Position numbers and translations under genes: made by a program. 64,000 nt of DNA, taken from contig JBNKLP010000004.1 in NCBI GenBank assembly GCA_050292425.1, forward strand, positions 1,239 to 65,238, written 5' to 3'. Positions 56,236-64,000 of the stretch are shown here, one piece after another. Position 1 is the first letter of the stretch, and every line of letters starts with the position of its first letter. The notes beneath the pieces are model-generated. The model had not been told where the DNA came from, ran no database searches, and was given only the letters and a program-made list of their open reading frames with translations. The stretch is from Candidatus Nanoarchaeia archaeon. Its GTDB lineage: Archaea > Nanobdellota > Nanobdellia > Woesearchaeales > UBA583.

Positions 56236-56396
56236 TTTTTAATTAACTTTATAAATATAGGGAGATTAGAGTATTTAAGTTTTGAAAAGATACAATTTTT
56301 TTATCTGTATTTTGGATTTTTGTATATGATGTGAACAATTTTGGAGAATTGTTTTTATTATATTTTTATTGTATCTTTTCTTGATTGATAAGAAAA

Positions 56397-56990
56397 ATGA
56401 AGGAAGTTGAAGTCAAGATAAGAAATATTGATAAGGATAAGGTTATTGAGAAGATTGAGGAACTTGGTGCAAAGAAGATTTTTACTGGCTGGGTTGTTGA
56501 TTTTAGATTTGATACACCTGATAGGGATTTATCCAGAGAAGGAAAGGCGCTTAGAATTAGACAGAAGGGAAAGTATATTTATTTGAATCTTAAGGGAAAG
56601 AAGAAGTCTGTTGATAATATTACTGGAAGAGATGAAATTGGAGTTAAGATTTCTAATTTTAGAACTATGCATAAGATTTTGAATGATCTTGGTTATATTA
56701 AGATTTTTGATTTGAGGAAGTACAGAACAGAGTATAGAATTGATGGTATTGTGACTTTTGATATTGATGAGTATCCGGGTTTGTCTCCGATTTTAGAGAT
56801 AGAGTGTGACAATTATGAGGGAGTTGAGGAGTATATTGAGAAGCTTGGAATTGAGGACAGGGACATTGGAAGAGTTTATATTAGAGAGATTCTGGCAGCT
56901 AAGAAAAAGTGGGATATTAAGAGAAAAGAAGAAAGAGAAGAGAGGGCTAGGGAAGAGGATGAGCGTCTTCTAGCTGAAGAAGCTGATTAA
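56397..56990 (+). CDS. CYTH-domain protein (class IV adenylyl cyclase / triphosphate tunnel metalloenzyme)
   Basis: EVEVKIR is the ExExK signature. ALRIRQKG and ILEIE strands follow, then a charged C-terminal tail. Confidence 0.7.
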   Translation: MKEVEVKIRNIDKDKVIEKIEELGAKKIFTGWVVDFRFDTPDRDLSREGKALRIRQKGKYIYLNLKGKKKSVDNITGRDEIGVKISNFRTMHKILNDLGYIKIFDLRKYRTEYRIDGIVTFDIDEYPGLSPILEIECDNYEGVEEYIEKLGIEDRDIGRVYIREILAAKKKWDIKRKEEREERAREEDERLLAEEAD

Positions 56991-57226
56991 TTTAATCTTA
57001 AATTTCTTTCAATATTATGTATTTTAGAAATAAGTTGAGTTTTTTCATGTAATTCTTTTGAAGTTAAATTTTCTAAATTTTGTGTAGATTTATATGATAA
57101 TGAATTCATTGACAATAATTGTTGATTATAATATTTAAAATCTCTTATTATTTCTGTTTTTTGGCCAAGTATTACTAATTCTTTTCCACCATATAAGTAT
57201 CTAGATAGATATTCAAAAATATTCAT
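56987..57226 (-). CDS. hypothetical small protein (79 aa)
   Basis: Only ORF in this gap. No motif recognised. Confidence 0.3.
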   Translation of the reverse strand: MNIFEYLSRYLYGGKELVILGQKTEIIRDFKYYNQQLLSMNSLSYKSTQNLENLTSKELHEKTQLISKIHNIERNLRLN

Positions 57227-57275
57227 AATTGATTTAGAAGTTTAATATTTATAAATCTTATTTCGATTTAGGAAG

Positions 57276-57348
57276 TGAGGCCGCAAGGATTTGAACCCTG
57301 ATCTGCTGGTCTGGAGCCAGCCATTCTGCCAGATTATACTACAGCCCC
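57276..57348 (-). tRNA. tRNA-Trp (CCA)
   Basis: Reverse complement GGGGCTG-TA-GTATAATCTGGCAGAAT-G-GCTGG-CTCCAGA-CCAGC-AGAT-CAGGG-TTCAAAT-CCTTG-CGGCCTC-A. Anticodon CCA. Confidence 0.85.
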
Positions 57349-57384
57349 AACAGAATAATACTATAAATTAATTTGCTTGGTATT

Positions 57385-58011
57385 TTAAAGGTTTTGATTT
57401 TTATTTTTGAATTTGTAGAGTTTTGCAGGTCTGTGAGACACATTCTCTTCTAATTTGTTTGTGTCTTCAAGTAAATCAGAATTGAGTATCTGTTTTCTGA
57501 AGTTTCTGTTGTCGTATGTTGTTTCCTCAATTATTTCATAGATTTTCTGAAGTGTGTTTATAGGAAATTTTTCAGGAAGAAATTGTTTTATTATGTTTGG
57601 AGAAGTATTTTGTTTTAAGTATTCTTTTGCCTTTTTAATTATGTGAAGATGATCAAATGCAAGGTTTTTTATTTCTTCAGTAATATGCCAGTTTGATTTG
57701 CTGCTTATTTTTTGAGAGTTTACGAGTGCTAGAAATCCTACACTTATGGTTCTTTCCCTTGGATCTCTTTTTGGGTCTGAGAATACATGAAACTGGTTTA
57801 GATAGATTTGAGTTTTTCCAAAATATTGGCTGAGTTTTCTTTTTATGGTATCTTCGCAAGTTTCATCAGGAAAAATGAGGCCTCCCGGAAGTTCTAGAAA
57901 GTTTTTGAATGGTTTTTTCTCTCTTCTTTCAAGGTAAACATAAAGTTTTTCGTCAATTATTGTGAATATTACTGGATCAACACCAACCAAAGTTTTTTCA
58001 TATTTTTTCAT
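57385..58011 (-). CDS. NrtR-like regulator: degenerate Nudix domain plus C-terminal winged helix
   Basis: The Nudix box GLIFPDETCEDTIKRKLSQYFG lacks the catalytic REUXEE glutamates. The C-terminus LQKIYEIIEETTYDNRNFRKQIL....LEDT......SHRPAKLYKF matches the NrtR wHTH signature. Confidence 0.7.
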   Translation of the reverse strand: MKKYEKTLVGVDPVIFTIIDEKLYVYLERREKKPFKNFLELPGGLIFPDETCEDTIKRKLSQYFGKTQIYLNQFHVFSDPKRDPRERTISVGFLALVNSQKISSKSNWHITEEIKNLAFDHLHIIKKAKEYLKQNTSPNIIKQFLPEKFPINTLQKIYEIIEETTYDNRNFRKQILNSDLLEDTNKLEENVSHRPAKLYKFKNKNQNL

Positions 58012-58043
58012 TTAGTTAATACCATATTTTGTTTATTTATATA

Positions 58044-58148
58044 TTTTACGTATTTTTTACTTTTAGTTAACGTTATAAAAACGTAAAGCTTATAAATAAT
58101 TGAAACATAGTACTATTGTTGTCAAGAGATAACGTAAAAATTACGTAA
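58044..58148. promoter_or_regulatory. array of five ACGT-core boxes, including two about 20-nt bipartite sites (TAACGT-N8-ACGTAAA)
   Basis: TACGTA 58047-58052. TAACGTTATAAAAACGTAAA 58068-58087. TAACGTAAAAATTACGTAAA 58130-58149 (16/20 identical to the previous site). CTTATAAATA box at 58089-58098 lies between the two bipartite sites. Confidence 0.55.
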
Positions 58149-58154
58149 ATAAAA

Positions 58155-58556
58155 ATGAAAAATAAATATGTGGTTTTGTATAAGAGGGATGTTAAGACTG
58201 AAAAGACAAAAGGATATGGTAATAAGATGCTTTTTGATAAGATGAAAGATTTTTATGGATTGAATGAGGCAAGAGCTTTTCATTTTAATAATTTGCCAGG
58301 AATTTTAATGCAGAATGCACCATTTACTGATATAGACAGAAGTATTTTGGAAGGAATTGAAAATCCTTTTGTAGTAGTTGGAGAGTTTTATGGTAAATAT
58401 GGACATTGTGATTATTTAGGAGATTGTGATCCACTTAGAACTTATGATGCTGTTAGATGTAGTGCAGATGAGATTAATAAACTGGTTGAGGCATTTAGTA
58501 GAGAGGGGAAACTGGAAAGAGTAATTGTTGGGCTTGAGAGAGGGAGTGTTTGGTAA
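58155..58556 (+). CDS. hypothetical protein (133 aa), first gene of apt operon
   Basis: ORF ends 1 nt before the apt ATG. No family recognised. Confidence 0.55.
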   Translation: MKNKYVVLYKRDVKTEKTKGYGNKMLFDKMKDFYGLNEARAFHFNNLPGILMQNAPFTDIDRSILEGIENPFVVVGEFYGKYGHCDYLGDCDPLRTYDAVRCSADEINKLVEAFSREGKLERVIVGLERGSVW

Positions 58557-58557
58557 G

Positions 58558-59070
58558 ATGAATTTGAATGATTATATAAGAGATATTAAAGATTTTCCAA
58601 AGGAAGGCATTTTGTTTAAGGATATAAGTCCTCTTCTGGAGAATCCAAAGGCATTCAAGTATTCAATTGAGAGATTAGGTGACTTGTTTGACATGGATAA
58701 TGTTGATAGGATTGCAGGAATGGATGCAAGGGGATTTATTTTTGGAAGTGCTCTTGCTTATCTGAGAGAGAAACCATTTGTACCTTTGAGAAAGAAGGGA
58801 AAGTTGCCTTATGAGACAATTAGTGAAGCATATGGTTTGGAGTATGGTAAAGACGAACTTGAGATTCATGTTGATGCTGTTAAAAGGAGAGAGAGAGTTT
58901 TGCTTCTTGATGATTTGCTTGCAACTGGTGGAACTATGAAGGCAGGCTGCAATCTGGTGGAGAGACTTGGTGGCAAGGTTTTAGGATGTGGTTTTTTGAT
59001 TGAACTTGAAGATTTGAGAGGAAGAGACAAGCTTATGGATTATGATGTGCAGTCAGTGCTTAAATATTGA
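58558..59070 (+). CDS. apt: adenine phosphoribosyltransferase
   Basis: IRDIKDFPKEGILFKDISPLL, and the PRPP-binding motif VLLLDDLLATGGT. Confidence 0.9.
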   Translation: MNLNDYIRDIKDFPKEGILFKDISPLLENPKAFKYSIERLGDLFDMDNVDRIAGMDARGFIFGSALAYLREKPFVPLRKKGKLPYETISEAYGLEYGKDELEIHVDAVKRRERVLLLDDLLATGGTMKAGCNLVERLGGKVLGCGFLIELEDLRGRDKLMDYDVQSVLKY

Positions 59071-59072
59071 AG

Positions 59073-59570
59073 ATGAAAATAGGTGTTACTTCATTGAATG
59101 ATTTGAAAATTGAATGTGTAAAGGACGCATATTTTAGTTTGGGGCAGAAAGTTGAAGTTATAGGATATGAGACGGATTCTGGAGTTGGCCAGCAGCCTGT
59201 TGAATCTGAAGCTATTGAAGGTGCAAGAAACAGGATTAATGATATGAGGAGGAGAAATTCAGATTTGGATTTTATTGTTTCAATAGAGAATGGAATATTT
59301 TTTGAAGAAGATGAATGGGTTGACAGAGCTTTTATTGTTATTTATGATGTGTCAAATGGTTATGAAAAATCTGCTTTTTCAGACTCTGTTGTTTTTCCAA
59401 AGAATTATGTGACTGTTGCACATGCTCTTGGTTTTGACAATTTTACAGTAGGGAGTGTGATGAGTAAGTTTGGTTATGTGGTTAATTCATCAGATCCGCA
59501 TTTGAGTATTTCGGGCAAATCCAGAAAGAGATATTTGGAAGAAACATTGTTTAATGTTTTAAATTCTTAG
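59073..59570 (+). CDS. YjjX-like non-canonical purine NTP phosphatase (inosine/xanthosine triphosphatase family)
   Basis: KIGVTSLNDLKIECVKDAY...VGQQPVESEAIEGARNRI...DFIVSIENGI is colinear with E. coli YjjX (ATTNPAKIQAI...VPEQPFGSEETRAGARNRV...DFWVAIEAGI). Confidence 0.7.
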   Translation: MKIGVTSLNDLKIECVKDAYFSLGQKVEVIGYETDSGVGQQPVESEAIEGARNRINDMRRRNSDLDFIVSIENGIFFEEDEWVDRAFIVIYDVSNGYEKSAFSDSVVFPKNYVTVAHALGFDNFTVGSVMSKFGYVVNSSDPHLSISGKSRKRYLEETLFNVLNS

Positions 59571-59587
59571 TTTTTAAATGACAAATC

Positions 59588-59595
59588 TTTATAAA
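59588..59595 (+). promoter_or_regulatory. TATA box (TTTATAAA) for the histone operon
   Basis: Lies 23-30 nt upstream of the ATG at 59618. Confidence 0.5.
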
Positions 59596-59617
59596 ATAAA
59601 TAAAAATAGGATTTATT

Positions 59618-59848
59618 ATGGTAAAAAGAGAAAATATCTTGCCTTTTGCTCCAATTGGAGCTTTAATTGCAGAGAATACCTCGAAAAGAGTAGCTAAAGA
59701 GGCCAGAGTTACTGCTGCGCAGCTTATGGAAGACCTTACTGAAAAGATTATGAAAAAAGCAATTCTTCTTGCTGAGCATTCCGGAAGAAAGACTATAAAG
59801 GCCAAAGATATATCACTTGCTTACAAGCAGTTAAGAGGTGATTTATAA
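59618..59848 (+). CDS. archaeal histone (HMf family), with short N-terminal extension
   Basis: LPFAPIGALIAENTSKRVAKEARVTAAQLMEDLTEKIMKKAILLAEHSGRKTIKAKDISLA is a histone fold with the RKT(I/V) loop. Confidence 0.85.
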   Translation: MVKRENILPFAPIGALIAENTSKRVAKEARVTAAQLMEDLTEKIMKKAILLAEHSGRKTIKAKDISLAYKQLRGDL

Positions 59849-60051
59849 TGTCTTCAGGTCTACCAGTTTCTGCACTTGAAAATCTGATGAAAGCAAAGGG
59901 TGCTGAAAGAGTTTCAGATGATGCAAGAGTTGAGTTGAAGAAGATTTTGGAAGAGTATTTGTATGATATTTCAATGAAAGCATCAAAGATTGCAGTTCAT
60001 TCAGGAAGAAAGACAATTAATTCAGGAGATTTGCTCATAGCAAAAGAGTAA
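59848..60051 (+). CDS. archaeal histone (HMf family)
   Basis: LPVSALENLMKAKGAERVSDDARVELKKILEEYLYDISMKASKIAVHSGRKTINSGDLLIA. TAATG stop/start overlap with the upstream histone gene. Confidence 0.85.
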   Translation: MSSGLPVSALENLMKAKGAERVSDDARVELKKILEEYLYDISMKASKIAVHSGRKTINSGDLLIAKE

Positions 60052-60146
60052 AATCTTTAAATTTGCCAGTTATTGGCGTTAATGATTAAATTGGGCAGTT
60101 TGAGTTCACATAATTACTTTTATAAACCTTTGGGAAGTGACAAAGC

Positions 60147-60154
60147 TTTATAAA
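60147..60154 (+). promoter_or_regulatory. TATA box (TTTATAAA) upstream of tfb; the leader carries a GGAG Shine-Dalgarno at 60207-60210
   Basis: TTTATAAA lies 68 nt upstream of the ATG. AAGGAG lies 11 nt upstream of the ATG, so unlike most genes here tfb seems to have a leader. Confidence 0.4.
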
Positions 60155-60221
60155 TTAGTTTTTATTAGTTTTTAGTAAAATTTAAAAAGATTTCTGTTAT
60201 AAGCAAGGAGAAAATATTAGA

Positions 60222-61172
60222 ATGAGTGTAGAAAATATAAAGAAATGCCCTGATTGTGGAAGCACTAGTTTGTACAATAATAAGGATAAGGGAGAGATTA
60301 CATGTAGATCTTGTGGTTTGGTAATTGACAGTAAGAATATTTCACTTGGAAAAGAGTGGAGAGATTTTGAAGAATCAGATGATTCTGAGATGAGAAGAAG
60401 TGGTGCTCCTACTTCATATACTAAATACGATTTAGGTATGGGAACAGCAATTGGTTCTGAGAGTGATACTTTTTCACTTGACAAGAAGCAAAGATACAAA
60501 CTTCAGAGATTGAAGAGATGGCAGAAGAGACTTTCAACTGTTATGGAAAAGAATCTGAAGATTGCTCTTGGAGAGCTTAGGAGGTTGTCATCATTTTTGA
60601 ATTTGCCAACATCCATTGAAGAAGAGGCAGGAAAAATCTACACAGAAGCTGTTCAGAAGAATCTAGTTAGAGGAAGAAGTATTGAGAGTGTTGTTGCTGG
60701 CGTGGTTTATGCTGCTTGTAGAAGACAGAACATTCCAAGAACATTGGATGAAATTAGTGAGGCATCCGGAATTGACAAGAAGGAAATTGGAAGAAGTTAC
60801 AGATATATTACAAGAGAACTAAGAATTAAGATTTTACCTTCCAATCCAGTAGATTACATTTCAAGGTTTGCATCAGTTTTAGGATATGGTCCAAAAACAC
60901 AATCAAGAGGTATTGAGATTTTATCACAGGCACTTTCTTTAGAGCTTACTTCAGGTAGAGGACCTATTGGAATTGCTGCTGCTGCACTTTACATTGCAGG
61001 ACTTTTAGAAGGAGAGAGAAGAACTCAAAGAGATATTTCTGAAGTTTCAGGTGTTACTGAAGTTACAATTAGAAACAGATATAAAGAAATTATTACAAAG
61101 CTTAATTTAGAAGATGAAATCAAAAAAATCAAGGCAAAGTCAAAGGAGGATGAGGATGAAAATGAACTTTAA
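60222..61172 (+). CDS. tfb: transcription initiation factor IIB (TFB)
   Basis: N-terminal Zn ribbon CPDCGS...CRSCGLV, a B-reader/linker, two cyclin-fold repeats (RGRSIESVVAGVVYAACR; GRGPIGIAAAALYIAG), and an acidic tail. Confidence 0.9.
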   Translation: MSVENIKKCPDCGSTSLYNNKDKGEITCRSCGLVIDSKNISLGKEWRDFEESDDSEMRRSGAPTSYTKYDLGMGTAIGSESDTFSLDKKQRYKLQRLKRWQKRLSTVMEKNLKIALGELRRLSSFLNLPTSIEEEAGKIYTEAVQKNLVRGRSIESVVAGVVYAACRRQNIPRTLDEISEASGIDKKEIGRSYRYITRELRIKILPSNPVDYISRFASVLGYGPKTQSRGIEILSQALSLELTSGRGPIGIAAAALYIAGLLEGERRTQRDISEVSGVTEVTIRNRYKEIITKLNLEDEIKKIKAKSKEDEDENEL

Positions 61173-62634
61173 GTTTGTTTTTAGTTTGTTTTTGTCATTT
61201 TTTTTTATTAGCAGTGTTTTTGGAGCTTATGTTTATAATGATCAAGGAGATTTTAGAGTTGAAGTTAATTCATTGAAGAGAACAGTTTATAATGATGAGA
61301 TTGATGTTAGCTTTGAAATTGATTTGAAAAATATGATGAATGCAGGTCAGGAAATTGAAGTTCAGATACCTAAACAGAGTGGTTGGGATATAAATGCTGA
61401 TAAGACAATGTTTGATTTGGATTCAAATGAAGATGGGAGTTTGACTTTGAGTCTTATTGCTAATAGTAATTTTGATTATTCACCTAGTGTTGTGAGTCCT
61501 GATGTTGTTCAAATTTCACAAAAAGAAGATTATACTGGATATTTTCAGTTTCCTGTTTTGATTATGGGAGAGAATGAGAATGTTTCTTTGAAGTTTGAAG
61601 TTTTGATTGAAAAAAGAGAAGAGCTTCCAGTTAATTTCATAACTAAATTTTCTGAAGATAAACTTTCACCAGTTAAGCCCTTGAGGTATACAATTAGTGG
61701 AGAAAACATTAAAGAAACTGAGAGTGTGAACATTGAAGTTAAGCTTGGTAATCTTATTTTGGATGATTTTAGTGATGAGTTTACATCAAGTGCAAGTTAC
61801 AAGATTTATCAAACAGAAATACCTGCTGATATTTCTCCAGGAACATATGATGTTGTGCTTACAATTGAGCAGCCAATGGAGGATGGACAGAGTCATAATT
61901 GGGAGAAGGAAGATGTTTTTGAAGTTGTTGCATATGAGAAACTGGTTTCTGATGAAGTTTACAGAAAGGGTTTCTTTAAGGAGTCATATTTAGTTAGTGT
62001 TTCAAATGAAGGAAATATAGATTCAATTTTTGAAAAGGAAGTTGAGTTAGGATTTTTGAGTTCATTGTTTTTTGGTTCTGATTTGGAATATGAATCAACA
62101 GATAATGGTGTTGTTTTCAAGATTGATGTTTCAAAAGGAGAGACCAAGGAGTTTGAGTATTATAATAATTATTTGGCTCTTTACATAATTTTGATTGTTT
62201 TGGCTGTGATTACAAGTTACATTTATTATAGAAAGAGTTCAAACCCTCTTGAAGTTGAAACAAAGCTTTATCAGATTAATACTGTTGAGCATGAAGGTGT
62301 TAAGAGTCTTAAGGTGAGAATTGGTTTTGAGAATATAAAGGAAGCTGAGATTGAAGTTTTGAAGATGGTTTTTAGAATGCCTTCATATTTAAGTATTAAG
62401 GATGGATCATTTTTACTTACTGAACCAAATCATGTTCTTAAAGGAAAAAATCAGTTCAAACTTATTTGGGATTTTAAAAATTTTGAGAAGAATGATACAA
62501 GAATTATTGGTTTCCAGATGGTTAATCATAAGGGAGTTCTTGGAGATATAAGGTTGCCTGATCTTGAGATTGAAGTTAAGATTGACGGAAAGATAAGAAG
62601 ATATTACAAGTCATTTCCTATTGTCAGAGGATAA
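61156..62634 (+). CDS. secreted/membrane-anchored surface protein (about 490 aa)
   Basis: Signal-like MKMNFKFVFSLFLSFFFISSVFGA, a beta-rich ectodomain, the TM helix LALYIILIVLAVITSYIYY, and a roughly 130-aa cytoplasmic tail. The ATG at 61156 overlaps the tfb 3' end by 17 nt. Confidence 0.6.
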   Translation: MKMNFKFVFSLFLSFFFISSVFGAYVYNDQGDFRVEVNSLKRTVYNDEIDVSFEIDLKNMMNAGQEIEVQIPKQSGWDINADKTMFDLDSNEDGSLTLSLIANSNFDYSPSVVSPDVVQISQKEDYTGYFQFPVLIMGENENVSLKFEVLIEKREELPVNFITKFSEDKLSPVKPLRYTISGENIKETESVNIEVKLGNLILDDFSDEFTSSASYKIYQTEIPADISPGTYDVVLTIEQPMEDGQSHNWEKEDVFEVVAYEKLVSDEVYRKGFFKESYLVSVSNEGNIDSIFEKEVELGFLSSLFFGSDLEYESTDNGVVFKIDVSKGETKEFEYYNNYLALYIILIVLAVITSYIYYRKSSNPLEVETKLYQINTVEHEGVKSLKVRIGFENIKEAEIEVLKMVFRMPSYLSIKDGSFLLTEPNHVLKGKNQFKLIWDFKNFEKNDTRIIGFQMVNHKGVLGDIRLPDLEIEVKIDGKIRRYYKSFPIVRG

Positions 62635-63654
62635 ATGAAAACTTTTTCTTTTTCCAAGAAAGGAGTTTGGGATGCAAAGTTATTGGGAATTATTTTACTT
62701 ATTTTAGTTGTTGGAGTTGTTATTTGGACTCAAGGAAGTAAGCTTGTTGGTCAGGCAACTTCAGGAGTCTCACTTGCAAAAGAGCAGCAGTGTGAAGGAG
62801 GTTTTGGCAATACTCTTGCACTCATTAATTGTGAAGAGAGTAATTGTAATGATGAGCAGCAAACAAATTGGGAGAAGTATGTGGATTATTTGAATGATAA
62901 GGAATGTATTGATAACAAAGAGTTTAAGGTTTCTTTGGATGATAATGAAGTTGGTGTTGGAAAGGATAAGGCTTGTACATGTGTTCAGCAGGAAGTTTAT
63001 GATTTTATTAAGAGTAGTGGAGATGTGAATGAAGTTAATGCTTTGAAAGGAACTTATACAACTTCAGTCAAAGGAATTTCTACAGAAGATTTGACAAAAA
63101 TAAAAGAAATAGAAAGTTCTAAATGTAAAAAAACTCAAATTGCAGATTTAGAATCAGAATTTAAATCAGAAGTAAAAAAGATTGCTGACAAATTAGGTTC
63201 AAAAGAAGAATATTTGTACACTGTAATGTATTTTGAAACAGGTGGAACTTTTTGTTCTTGTGAGTTGAATAATGCAGGAAGTGGAGCTATAGGTTTAATT
63301 CAATTTATGCCTTCAACAGCAGATGATCTTGGAACTTCTTCTTTAGCTTTGTGTGAAATGAGTAGAATAGAACAATTGAAATATGTAGATAATTATTTAA
63401 CTCAAAAGAAGAATTCTTATGGGAGTTTGGATACTTTGGAAAAACTTTATATGGCAATTTTATGTCCTGGTGCCATAACTAGTGGTTATATTACTTCAAA
63501 AGATGGAAGTGTTGGTTCTTGTAATGGAAAAGATGCTCAAGATACTTATGATAAAAATAGTGGTTTTGATAAATCTCCTAAAGATGACAAAATTACTGTA
63601 GCAGAAGTTTCTGTTAGAATTAATCAAGAGTACAAGATTTTAGGATATTCCTAA
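62635..63654 (+). CDS. secreted protein with C-terminal lysozyme-like / lytic transglycosylase (SLT, GH23-like) domain
   Basis: N-terminus SKKGVWDAKLLGIILLILVVGVVIW, then a Cys-rich region. VMYFETGGTF......NAGSGAIGLIQFMPSTADDLG...L..MSRIEQLKYVDNYL....G.L.TLEKLYMAIL.PGA matches the E-[ST]...GLIQFMPsTA..LG pattern of phage/bacterial SLT-like murein hydrolases. Confidence 0.55.
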   Translation: MKTFSFSKKGVWDAKLLGIILLILVVGVVIWTQGSKLVGQATSGVSLAKEQQCEGGFGNTLALINCEESNCNDEQQTNWEKYVDYLNDKECIDNKEFKVSLDDNEVGVGKDKACTCVQQEVYDFIKSSGDVNEVNALKGTYTTSVKGISTEDLTKIKEIESSKCKKTQIADLESEFKSEVKKIADKLGSKEEYLYTVMYFETGGTFCSCELNNAGSGAIGLIQFMPSTADDLGTSSLALCEMSRIEQLKYVDNYLTQKKNSYGSLDTLEKLYMAILCPGAITSGYITSKDGSVGSCNGKDAQDTYDKNSGFDKSPKDDKITVAEVSVRINQEYKILGYS

Positions 63655-64000
63655 TTCAATATTTTAAAGTCACAGCATACCCTGTATTTTCTAGGAGAGT
63701 ATTGACCTACTTTTCTTGTTTGAATTATTTCAACTTTCTTGTTGTTCTTTTTTGCAGCCTCAATTACAGCATTTTCTGATAAATGAGGAAAGTCATTTTC
63801 ATGCAGAAAGTCGTACATGTGAATTATGCAGTTAATGTCTGCAACAGCAAATGCTTCATCTAAGAATAGTTGAGCATCTTTTGGAAGTGGCATGAATATT
63901 TCATCGTATTTTTTGTCTTTTAATTCTTCATGAACTATTTTCTTTACATCAGCATTGTAGAAATGAATTTTCTTTTCATTTAATTCAGAGATAATTTGTT
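63651..64000 (-). CDS. Trm5/Taw2-like (Met-10+) tRNA methyltransferase, C-terminal part (5' end outside window)
   Basis: The frame is open to the window edge (...IHFYNADVKKIVHEELKDKKYDEIFMPLPKDAQLFLDEA...IIHMYDF.........KVGQYSPRKYRVCCDFKI), which matches the Trm5 C-terminal catalytic-domain pattern (NLP motif equivalent MPLP). Confidence 0.55.
   Translation of the reverse strand, partial: QIISELNEKKIHFYNADVKKIVHEELKDKKYDEIFMPLPKDAQLFLDEAFAVADINCIIHMYDFLHENDFPHLSENAVIEAAKKNNKKVEIIQTRKVGQYSPRKYRVCCDFKILN

Overview
This is an AT-rich, very gene-dense archaeal chromosome segment, about 70 genes with mostly short intergenic gaps. The archaeal assignment rests on TFB, two adjacent HMf-type histones, RpoN/Rpo10, GatE, Pth2, SRP54 and FtsY, a type-2 MetAP, RNase J, class III signal-peptide pilins, and TTTATAAA boxes about 25 nt upstream of many start codons. 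The compact, patchy metabolism and giant surface proteins fit a DPANN-like lineage; that placement is inference. Four intron-less tRNAs are present: Cys-GCA, Leu-TAG, His-GTG and Trp-CCA. Housekeeping genes are interleaved with bacterial-type genes (dprA, guaC, mutS, thyA-folA, class I GAPDH, nth). Several accessory modules deserve a second look. (1) An 8-gene type IV pilus/Tad-like operon with three unassignable upstream genes. (2) A translationally coupled HDOD-EAL (c-di-GMP-type) pair. (3) A FeeM/LuxI-like N-acyltransferase plus methyltransferase operon behind a dense GGATAAA operator-like array. It converges on a small-protein / KaiC-like ATPase / tandem V4R-like operon. (4) A 1728-aa Cys-rich secreted protein with a degenerate fragment copy 1.4 kb downstream. 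(5) A surface protein plus secreted lytic-transglycosylase-like protein directly behind tfb. (6) A NrtR-like Nudix-wHTH regulator facing a purine-salvage operon across an ACGT-motif array. No CRISPR array, transposase, integrase or rRNA was seen. All functional calls come from motif recognition by eye, with no database search, so the unknowns remain unknown.
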